Shown: positions 1 through 7,455 of the stretch, in pieces
Position numbering within the stretch: position 1 is the first letter of the stretch
How the letters are laid out: every line of letters begins with the position of its first letter
NCBI GenBank assembly: GCA_965116475.1
Contig: OZ220691.1
Location: 1,952,001-2,016,000 of the forward strand
DNA from: Gemmatimonadota bacterium
GTDB lineage: Bacteria > Gemmatimonadota > Gemmatimonadetes > Palauibacterales > Palauibacteraceae
Reading direction: 5' to 3'
Length of the DNA stretch: 64,000 nt
Made by a program: the position numbers and the translations under genes
Notes under the pieces: generated by a model
What the model was told of the DNA's origin: nothing
The model's database searches: none
The model's input: only the letters and a program-made list of their open reading frames with translations

Positions 1-895
1 GCGGGAGGAGGCCCGTCAGGCCATTCCCGCTCAGGTCGAGCCCGGTGACCTGCCCGAGACTGTCGGCGGTCACGCCGTGCCATCCGTCGAGCGCCGCAAC
101 GGCCTGCAGTCGCAGGGACCCCTCCGCTTGTATCGTCCACCACTCCACGTCCTCCCAACCCTCGGCGTGCGCCCACTGGTCCCCTTCGGCGGACTCGTAC
201 AGTGACAGGAGAACGCGGGTATCCGCCGAGTTGCAGAACGGCCCGTTGTAATCGAGGGTGCCCGGGTTCACCTGATCCGCGGCGATGTCTTCGGCCCAGC
301 CGATAAAGGCGGCCGTGCCGGGGGCGCAGAGACCATCGTTCTCCGAGAACCGGAAAGTGGCGGGATCCAGGTTCAGGAAGCTGCGCGGAATAGCCCCTCC
401 AAGGTTGTTCCTGGAGAGCCGCAGGTGCGCCAGCCGGAGGAGCCTTCCGATTTCGGCCGGAATGGGGCCAGTCAGCCGATTGCCTCCGAGGTCCAGGTGC
501 GTGAGGTCCCTCAGATGCCCGACGTCGGCCGGGATCGAGCCCGCCAGCTGGTTATGTCCCAGTGACAGCTGCTTAACCCGTCCTGCCTCGACCCACACGC
601 CGTGCCAGTCGCCGAGCGGCGCGTCGGTGAGCCAGTTGTCGCGGTTTTTCCAGTTGGGGCCATCGGTCGCATGGTACAGGGCGACGAGCGCGGCCCGGTC
701 GGAGTCCGAGTTCGCGGCCGAAACGGCGGCGGTCGCCGAGACCGCGCCCGATTCCGGCCGCTCCGTGCGGTCGGGCGCGACGGAGTCGTCCATACAGGAG
801 AGAGCCAGCGCGCACGCCAGGCCAGCCTTGAGCAACGGGTGCCCGGTCCCGGTGGTCGACACTGCCGCGGGCCGCTCACGTCCCAGCGCTTTCAT
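1..895 (-). CDS. Leucine-rich-repeat lipoprotein (plant RLK-type LRR with N-cap), runs off window start
   Basis: Hand translation from ATG 895: MKALGRERP...LACALALSC (lipobox-like), DRAALVALYHATDGPNWKNRDNWLTDAPLGDWHGV, LRRs such as LDLGGNRLTGPIPAEIG. ATGA overlap with the stop of the upstream LRR gene. Confidence 0.9.
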   Translation of the reverse strand, partial: MKALGRERPAAVSTTGTGHPLLKAGLACALALSCMDDSVAPDRTERPESGAVSATAAVSAANSDSDRAALVALYHATDGPNWKNRDNWLTDAPLGDWHGVWVEAGRVKQLSLGHNQLAGSIPADVGHLRDLTHLDLGGNRLTGPIPAEIGRLLRLAHLRLSRNNLGGAIPRSFLNLDPATFRFSENDGLCAPGTAAFIGWAEDIAADQVNPGTLDYNGPFCNSADTRVLLSLYESAEGDQWAHAEGWEDVEWWTIQAEGSLRLQAVAALDGWHGVTADSLGQVTGLDLSGNGLTGLLP

Positions 896-3800
896 CGCGT
901 TCCGCCATCCCGGTCCGCCCCGTAAGGGAGGCCCCGGCTGAAGAGAAGCGTGAGGTCACTCCCGAGACCGCCGTCCGGGAGCGTCGTGACAGGCACGCCG
1001 TCGCGGATCGCAACGCCGGAATAGCCGGGAAGGACGGTCGTGCCCGGCTGGCCCCGCAGAATCGCGCGGATCGACCCCGTCGATGAATCGCGGAGGATTG
1101 CCGTCGGCCGATCGGTATTCTCGTCCAGGGTGACGGCCCCTCCCGGACCCGACAGAGTGAGTCGCGCCAGCAAGTTGGCCCACTCGGGCTCGAGCGGAAG
1201 CACGAAAGCAAATCCGGCCCCCCCATCCCGCGCGGTCGCCCGGGGCAGATCGAAGGCCAGCGAAAAGAGCGTCGTACCCGCGGTCGTGCTCCCGGTCAAC
1301 CTGTAGTCTCTTCCGGCCCGGGGCAGCCACGGTGGAGCGTCGACGACGAAAGCCGGTTCGAGGTGCGGCACCCCCGAATCCTCTACTCCACCCCAGAGGA
1401 GCAACCCGGGAGCAGCGCCGGGCATGGCCGTCACCCTGCCGCCGCCGTCCATTGCGGTAAGGTCAAGGGCGCGCGTGAAGTGGAATCCGCTGATCCACCG
1501 GGGCTCGCATTCGGACATCAGGTCGTATCTTTCCGGCGTGACGAGCGTCTGGTGACGACGGTCGTACCCCCAGTCTCCGATCGAACCGTCTCCGTTCGGG
1601 AACGCTCGACCGAACCAATCGGTTCGCCCGTCGCACGGGGCCTCGTTCAGCCCCATGCTGGAGCCCAATTGCTGTGCCATCACCCAGGGATCGAAGACCG
1701 CGAAGCTCGACCCCCGGGAGGCTGCCCCCGGCGGCCCCATGATCTCCCCGGCCATCGTTGCCATGTAGTGACCCACTCCACCCTCGATTCGGCGTATGGC
1801 CGCCGCCTCCCCCGCCAGCCTGAACGTGTGGTTGGAGAAAGTCGTCACCGGCGGGTGCACGACAGGTCTCAGTTCTCCGACCGGCAAGAGGGTCCGCAGA
1901 GGAAAAAAGATGTCATCGTCCGCGGCGAGGTTCGCGGTCAGGTGCAGGATGGACGAGTCCGGCGCCGCTCTGTACAGGAAGGGGATGACCGTGAGGTCGA
2001 GCGGGGGAACGGCCCTCACATCAATGCGCAGCCGACCGGCCTCGGGAAAGCGTGACGGAAGGTCCAATCCCCCTTGGAGGCTCCCGTCCGGATCGATCTG
2101 GAGCACCACTTCCAGGCCCGGCTGGATCACCCAGCCGGGAATATCGGCGTTGAGGGACAACCCCAGGGATCCCTCATCGATTTCAGCCGGAATGACGACC
2201 GTTCCCGCGGGCAAGTCCCGTGTCAAAACTTCGGTGTCCCCCCGGTAGAAGCGGGCGCGCACCGGGGGCATGGTCTGTCCTGCGACGTTCGGGGAAGCCA
2301 CGAAGACGCGAAGCAGCGCAGGCTCCCCCGCGACCAGCGGCACCGGCGCCGAGAGCGACTGCACCGACTGCGTCAAGTATGCGTTCACGCCCACGCACAA
2401 CGGGGTGGCCTCCGCGCCCCTGCCGGCGAGCCAGTCGAGGAAGTCCGGAGCCCTCGGGGCGCAGAGCCCGGTATCGTCCAGGGCAAGCTCCCCCAGTTCC
2501 GGAAGGGAGGCCAGACTCAAGGGCAGCGGTCCCGTAAGGTCCCGATTCGCGGCCAGATCCAGCCGCTCGAGGTTCGCGAGTTCTCCGAGTTCCGTGGGCA
2601 GGTTGCCCGACAGTTCGTTGTCGGCAAGCAGGAGTTCGCGCAGACTCGACAGGCTTCCCAGCTCGGCCGGAATCGAGTACCGCAGCCGGTTACCGCGCAG
2701 ATCCAGCACTTCGAGACTCGACAGACGGCCCAGTTCCACAGGTATCGCGTAGTTGAGACCGGGAGAGGGGTAGGCGGGGGGCTGTCGCATCCTGCTTAGA
2801 TCCAGCACTCTCAACGCGGCAAGCTGCCCGAGCTCGGGCGGGATCGGGCCCACGAGACGATTGCCGCTCAGGTCCAGGACTCTTGCGCGTCGCAGTTTCC
2901 CGAGTGCCCCCGGTATGGAACCGTATAAGTCGTTGTCGCTTAGATCGAGCACTTCCAGGTTTGGAAGGTCACCCAGTGTCTCCATGCTTACATTGTCGAG
3001 CCGGTTCTGTCCCAGCTTCAGGTCGATCAGGCTCTCGAGCCGGTGGAGTCCCCATATTCGGCCCACCAAACCGTTGTCCGTCAGGTCCAGCGCCTGCACG
3101 CGACCAAGGGAGTCGACGGTCACACCGTACCAGTCCGTTGGATCGGCCGCCGCGCCGACCTCCAACCACTCTTCGATTCCTTCAAGCCATCCCGTGGAAT
3201 TCGTCCAGTTCTCGCCACCCGCGAAGTAGTAGAGCGACTCCAACTCAAGCACGTCGGTCGCGTTGCAGAACGGCCCGGCGTAGGAGATCCGCTCCGGCGG
3301 CGCAGGCGAACGGTTACGGATCGCGCCCGCCCATTCGATGAAGTTCGTGGTGCCGGGCGCACAAAGGTTGTTGTTTCGCCCGAACCGGAATTCGAACAGC
3401 TCAAGCGAGAGAAAACTGCGGGGCACGCTGCCGGTCAGGCGGTTCGAGGACAGTTCCAGACGCATCAGTTCCCGCAGATTGCCGAGGCTGGCGGGAAGCG
3501 GTCCGGTCAGACGATTCCAGGAGAGATCCAGCTCCCTCAACGCGTCGAGCCCGTCGATCTCCTCGGGGATGGATTCTGTCAGGAGATTTCGGGAGAGGTT
3601 CAGCCTGGTCAGGCCGCCCAGGTTCCCCAACTCGGCCGGAATGGCGCCGGTGAGCCGGTTCCCGGACAGATTCACCGTGTGCAGCTTCTCCAGTCTGGAC
3701 AGTTCCTTCGGGAGCGGTCCCCCCAAGCTGTTGTCCGGGAGCAACAACACTTCGAGGTTCGCGAGGTCGCCGATCTCGGCCGGAACAGGGCCGTATAGAG

Positions 3801-4356
3801 CGTTCTTCCCCAGGCTCAGTTCGACGACCTGGCCGGCGTCGTCCACCCGGACGCCGCTCCAGTTCGCGACCGGGGCATCCGTCAACCAGTTGTCCCTCCC
3901 GATCCAGTTCGGCCCGTCCGTGGCCCCGTAGAACGCCTCGAGCGCCACCCGATCCGACTCCGCGCTCGTCACGAGCACTGCCGCGCTGCCCGAAGCCGAC
4001 CGGACCGAGGCGCTCACCGTCGCCGCCCCGTAGCCCACTGACGTGACCAGTCCTCCGGCGTCTACGGCCGCGACCGCCTCAGCCGTACTCGACCAGGTGG
4101 GAGTCACATCGCGCATGACCCGTCCGTTCTGATCACGGACAGTCGCCTCCAGACGCACGGTGGCGCCGAGCGCCGTAAACCGGATGGTGGGAGGGTCGAC
4201 CGAGACGGACGCAGGCTGGGGACGTGCGATCGGCTCGGCGGGACCATCCCCGCACGAGGCGACCGTCATGATCGCAACGCACGTTGCAGCGACCGCGCGG
4301 CCCGCCGCGCACCGCCCGGATCCGCGTGGGCGTCCGAACTGATCCGGGTTTCCCAT
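892..4356 (-). CDS. Lipoprotein with Ig-like (Big_2) domain, two LRR blocks and a C-terminal metallopeptidase-like domain with degenerate Zn motif
   Basis: ORF 892..4386, likely ATG 4356. VASC lipobox; WSSTAEAVAAVDAGGLVT Ig motif; many LxLxxNxLxGxIP repeats; C-terminal ...APC...IGDWGYD...DLMS. Confidence 0.9.
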   Translation of the reverse strand: MGNPDQFGRPRGSGRCAAGRAVAATCVAIMTVASCGDGPAEPIARPQPASVSVDPPTIRFTALGATVRLEATVRDQNGRVMRDVTPTWSSTAEAVAAVDAGGLVTSVGYGAATVSASVRSASGSAAVLVTSAESDRVALEAFYGATDGPNWIGRDNWLTDAPVANWSGVRVDDAGQVVELSLGKNALYGPVPAEIGDLANLEVLLLPDNSLGGPLPKELSRLEKLHTVNLSGNRLTGAIPAELGNLGGLTRLNLSRNLLTESIPEEIDGLDALRELDLSWNRLTGPLPASLGNLRELMRLELSSNRLTGSVPRSFLSLELFEFRFGRNNNLCAPGTTNFIEWAGAIRNRSPAPPERISYAGPFCNATDVLELESLYYFAGGENWTNSTGWLEGIEEWLEVGAAADPTDWYGVTVDSLGRVQALDLTDNGLVGRIWGLHRLESLIDLKLGQNRLDNVSMETLGDLPNLEVLDLSDNDLYGSIPGALGKLRRARVLDLSGNRLVGPIPPELGQLAALRVLDLSRMRQPPAYPSPGLNYAIPVELGRLSSLEVLDLRGNRLRYSIPAELGSLSSLRELLLADNELSGNLPTELGELANLERLDLAANRDLTGPLPLSLASLPELGELALDDTGLCAPRAPDFLDWLAGRGAEATPLCVGVNAYLTQSVQSLSAPVPLVAGEPALLRVFVASPNVAGQTMPPVRARFYRGDTEVLTRDLPAGTVVIPAEIDEGSLGLSLNADIPGWVIQPGLEVVLQIDPDGSLQGGLDLPSRFPEAGRLRIDVRAVPPLDLTVIPFLYRAAPDSSILHLTANLAADDDIFFPLRTLLPVGELRPVVHPPVTTFSNHTFRLAGEAAAIRRIEGGVGHYMATMAGEIMGPPGAASRGSSFAVFDPWVMAQQLGSSMGLNEAPCDGRTDWFGRAFPNGDGSIGDWGYDRRHQTLVTPERYDLMSECEPRWISGFHFTRALDLTAMDGGGRVTAMPGAAPGLLLWGGVEDSGVPHLEPAFVVDAPPWLPRAGRDYRLTGSTTAGTTLFSLAFDLPRATARDGGAGFAFVLPLEPEWANLLARLTLSGPGGAVTLDENTDRPTAILRDSSTGSIRAILRGQPGTTVLPGYSGVAIRDGVPVTTLPDGGLGSDLTLLFSRGLPYGADRDGGTR

Positions 4357-4518
4357 GGCGATCTCCGAACCCCCTTTCGAGGCCACCGACCAGAATTAAA
4401 ACGAGCCGGTCACTCCGAAACTGACAGATGAATCTTGCCGCACCCATCGCCGTGGCGAACTATCCGCTGGGCCCACGGGTTCGGTCATGGGTCGCACCTC
4501 GGAGGGCGGGTTCGGAAA

Positions 4519-5643
4519 ATGAGACTTGAAACGCTGGCAGTGAAATCGGGCATGGACCCGGATGGGACGAGCCGGGCGATCGCGCCCCCGATCACCCTCT
4601 CGACCACGTTCGAGCGCGGGGAGGACGGGTCGTACCCCGGAGGGTTCGACTACTCCCGCAGCGGGAACCCGAACCGGGCCTTGCTGGAGGCGGCGCTGGC
4701 CGCGCTGGAAGGCGGGCCGGAAGCCGTCGCGTTCCCCTCGGGGATGGCCGCGACCTTCGCCGTCATCTTCTCGCTCGCGCCGGGGGATCACGTCGTCGCC
4801 GCGGACGACGCGTACTACGGGACCGGCGTTCTCCTGCGGGATTCTTTCGCCGAGCGCGGCATCGAGGCGAGCTTCGTCGACATGACGGACCTCGACGCCG
4901 TCCGGGCCGCCATGCGGCCGACCACCCGCCTCGTGTGGATGGAGACGCCGTCGAACCCGCTCATCCGCATCTCCGACATCGAGGCGCTCGCCTGCATCGC
5001 GCGGGAGGGCGCGGCGATCTCGTGCTGCGACAACACGTGGGCGACGCCGCTCCTGCAGCGGCCGCTGGATCTCGGCGTGGATCTCGTCATGCACTCCACG
5101 ACCAAGTACTTCGGCGGCCACAGCGACGTGACCGGCGGCGCGGTGATTGTCCGCGAGCCGGGCGAGACGCTCGAGGCGCTGCGGAAGATCCAGAAGGACG
5201 GCGGTCTCGTGCCCTCGCCCTTCGACGCCTGGCTCACGAGGCGCGGCCTCGAATCCCTCGCCGCGCGCATGGCCATGCACTGCGCCAACGCTCTGGAGCT
5301 CGCCCGCTTCCTCGACGCCCACCCGCGCGTCGAGCGCGTCCACTATCCGGGGCTGGAGGACGATCCCGGACACGCACTCGCCGCGCGTCAGATGTCCGGC
5401 TTCGGCGGCATGCTGTCCTTCGACGTCGTGGGCGGCCGGGACGAGGCGTTCGCCGTCGCGGCCAACGTGAGGGTCATCGCCCGGGCCACGAGTCTCGGGG
5501 GGACGCATTCCCTCATCGAGCACCGCGCCTCGGTGGAGGGCGCGACGACGCGCGCGCCCGAGAACCTGCTCCGCATGTCCGCCGGCCTCGAACACGTTGA
5601 CGACCTGAAGGAAGATCTGGACCGGGCCCTCGCCGCCGCCTGA
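4519..5643 (+). CDS. PLP-dependent Cys/Met metabolism enzyme (cystathionine gamma-synthase/lyase family)
   Basis: YSRSGNPNR, SGMAA, ETPSNP, DNTWATP, HSTTKYFGGHSD, SLGG and LLRMSAGLE motifs; ATG 4519. Confidence 0.93.
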   Translation: MRLETLAVKSGMDPDGTSRAIAPPITLSTTFERGEDGSYPGGFDYSRSGNPNRALLEAALAALEGGPEAVAFPSGMAATFAVIFSLAPGDHVVAADDAYYGTGVLLRDSFAERGIEASFVDMTDLDAVRAAMRPTTRLVWMETPSNPLIRISDIEALACIAREGAAISCCDNTWATPLLQRPLDLGVDLVMHSTTKYFGGHSDVTGGAVIVREPGETLEALRKIQKDGGLVPSPFDAWLTRRGLESLAARMAMHCANALELARFLDAHPRVERVHYPGLEDDPGHALAARQMSGFGGMLSFDVVGGRDEAFAVAANVRVIARATSLGGTHSLIEHRASVEGATTRAPENLLRMSAGLEHVDDLKEDLDRALAAA

Positions 5644-5662
5644 GCTCCCCACAGCCGCCCAG

Positions 5663-5682
5663 GACGTTCCCGCGGGAACGTC
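5663..5682. repeat. Perfect 20-bp palindrome GACGTTCCCGCGGGAACGTC (REP-like or terminator-like)
   Basis: Read directly. The 16-bp core CGTTCCCGCGGGAACG recurs at 15749-15764. Confidence 0.7.
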
Positions 5683-5687
5683 TCAGC

Positions 5688-5810
5688 GAAGGGCGAGCCA
5701 GCAGTGGGAGTCGGTCGTGTCCGTGTAGTGCGGACCGTCCGGCATGGCGGGCGGCGCGTCGGGGCCGACGTGCCAGATCGAGGCCTGCGTTCCGTTCATC
5801 CGGTTGATCA
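5688..5810 (-). pseudogene. Duplicated 123-bp fragment of the soxG-like region of the sarcosine oxidase alpha-gamma gene
   Basis: Aligns without gaps to 7725-7847 with 7 mismatches (hand count); encodes INRMNGTQASIWHVGP...DTTDSHCWLAL. Confidence 0.92.
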
Positions 5811-5827
5811 TCGTGGGGCGCGCCGGT

Positions 5828-7012
5828 TCAGTCGGAGCAGAGGTGGATGTCGCCGGGCGCTTCACCACGCTCCACGCGGTCGAGGGCCTCGTGCAGCGGC
5901 GGAAGCGTCCACTCGCCGATACGAGGGTAGGGATCTTCGAATCCGGCCCACAGAACCCTCTCGTCCGGGCCGATCCGCGCCACCGTGATGCGGTGGTCGA
6001 GTTCGTATTCCACCACGAACCGGCCGTCCCACGTGAAGACGTGCAGGAACTTGCCGAGGCCGTCGCGGTGCTCCCCGTCGAACACCGCGTACACGAGCCG
6101 GTCGGACACCACCACGTCCTTATAGGCATCCGTGCTCCTTGCGTGGTCGGGAAACAACCTGCCGTCGACGATCTCGAACACGGGCTCCGTGTGTCGCGGA
6201 CCGATCACCCGCAAGTACCGGTGCGCTTCCAGATCGACGAGGTCGACGTATGGCCTGGACCAGTAGACGACCGCCGCGCGGTGACCCGCCACGTCCATGT
6301 GACCTTCATTGTAGAGGCGAGAAAGCCTGGCGCTGCCGCCTGTGTCCTTCGGCAGGAAGGGGGGCAGCGTTGCCAGGCGGCTGCGGAGCCGACCGTCCGA
6401 ATCGAACGTGACCAGCGTGTGGTAGGCGAAGATGCCGCTGCCGATATAGCCATCGTCGAGCGGCGCGAGGCTGGAGATGCGTTCCGCCGCGTAGAACGGC
6501 GATTCGTCGAGGAACGTAACCGTTCCGGATGGCGCGTCGAAGCTGAACCGGCTAAACCTGCGGTTCACCTGATCGTAGATCTCCAGCGCGCCGGGACGTG
6601 CGGCGGACCAGTACATGCTGAGCGGCGTCTCGAACTCGAGGGGTCCGCGCCCCTTCTTGCCGAAGGCCTGTACGATCCGGCCGTCGCTTCGATCAACCAC
6701 CTTCATTCGGGGATCCGAGTAGGTGTCGGATGCCAAGAGATAGGCATCGCTCAGAGGGAAGAGACCCCACACGTATCCGAAGTCGTCCTCGCCTCCGATG
6801 CGTCGATCCAGCGTCAGGCGACAGTCGTTGAAGATCGGACTGCCGGAAGACACGGTGGGCGCCGCCTCCAACTGGACGATCAGAGGCAGGTACGCCTCTT
6901 CCGCGGGCTGCCTCTCGGGAGCCCCGCAACCGCCGAGAACGATCGGCAGGGCAGCGACTCCGAAGAAAGCGGCCCGGCTCCCACAGTGGGAGCCGGGCGC
7001 TCGGCGAAGCAT
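5828..7012 (-). CDS. 6-bladed beta-propeller lipoprotein (BF3164/TolB-like)
   Basis: ATG 7012 overlaps the peptide stop (TGATG). Lipobox IVLGGC; FGKKGRGPLEF propeller motif; LHVFTWDGRFV C-terminal blade. Confidence 0.8.
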   Translation of the reverse strand: MLRRAPGSHCGSRAAFFGVAALPIVLGGCGAPERQPAEEAYLPLIVQLEAAPTVSSGSPIFNDCRLTLDRRIGGEDDFGYVWGLFPLSDAYLLASDTYSDPRMKVVDRSDGRIVQAFGKKGRGPLEFETPLSMYWSAARPGALEIYDQVNRRFSRFSFDAPSGTVTFLDESPFYAAERISSLAPLDDGYIGSGIFAYHTLVTFDSDGRLRSRLATLPPFLPKDTGGSARLSRLYNEGHMDVAGHRAAVVYWSRPYVDLVDLEAHRYLRVIGPRHTEPVFEIVDGRLFPDHARSTDAYKDVVVSDRLVYAVFDGEHRDGLGKFLHVFTWDGRFVVEYELDHRITVARIGPDERVLWAGFEDPYPRIGEWTLPPLHEALDRVERGEAPGDIHLCSD

Positions 7013-7230
7013 CAATCGCAACCGAAGTTGCAGTACCACTCCGACCCGAGATCGTCATCGGGACACGGCGGAGTGAGGGTGCCCTGCGCGCAACCGTAGC
7101 CGGACTGCGCGCAGGCCTCGGAGACCTCGAGAATCGATCCAGCCGCGATGGCCTCGGCAGATCCCAGCCGGACAGGAAGCATGACCAAGCCCAGCACGAG
7201 GCACGCGAGCACGGCGAGTCGGGTCTTTAT
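7012..7230 (-). CDS. Small secreted Cys-rich peptide (72 aa from an ATA start, or 66 aa from GTG 7212)
   Basis: SD AAGGAG 7 nt before ATA. (M)KTRLAVLACLVLGLVMLPV is a signal-like N-terminus, followed by LEVSEACAQ and a tail with 4 more Cys. Stop is coupled to the propeller start. Confidence 0.78.
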   Translation of the reverse strand: MKTRLAVLACLVLGLVMLPVRLGSAEAIAAGSILEVSEACAQSGYGCAQGTLTPPCPDDDLGSEWYCNFGCD

Positions 7231-7275
7231 GTGCGAACTCCTTCAGCAAGGGTAAGGGGACTTTTGAAGCGCCCG

Positions 7276-7305
7276 ACGATACTCCCCCCCCCGTCGATAT
7301 CGCAA
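7276..7305 (-). promoter_or_regulatory. Putative sigma70-type promoter TTGCGA-N18-TATCGT with a G9 tract in the spacer
   Basis: -35 at 7305-7300, -10 at 7281-7276, C9 on the + strand at 7284-7292; about 45 nt upstream of the peptide start. Confidence 0.55.
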
Positions 7306-7306
7306 G

Positions 7307-7346
7307 CCTATACGCAGCATGGAGTCCCTATACGCAGCATGGAGTC
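7307..7346. repeat. Perfect 20-bp tandem duplication CCTATACGCAGCATGGAGTC x2
   Basis: Read directly; abuts the putative -35 box. Confidence 0.95.
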
Positions 7347-7455
7347 GTCCGACCGGTGATCTTGGTGGACAGAATGGGGGCGGGGACCGTCGGTAACGAC
7401 ACGCGTTTATGTAAAATGACTTATGTAATCCATCGAACGAGCCCGCGGGAATATC

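Noticed and set aside
4387..4518. SAM riboswitch upstream of the Cys/Met enzyme
   Set aside because: No recognisable SAM-I or SAM-II conserved cores by eye; an Rfam scan would settle it.
5683..6129. 148-aa ORF ending in SoxG-like sequence
   Set aside because: An alternative frame of the propeller gene that runs into the duplicated relic; not an independent gene.
5828..7230. Classical RiPP biosynthetic cluster
   Set aside because: No modifying enzyme, peptidase or ABC exporter is adjacent; the leader looks like a Sec-type signal.
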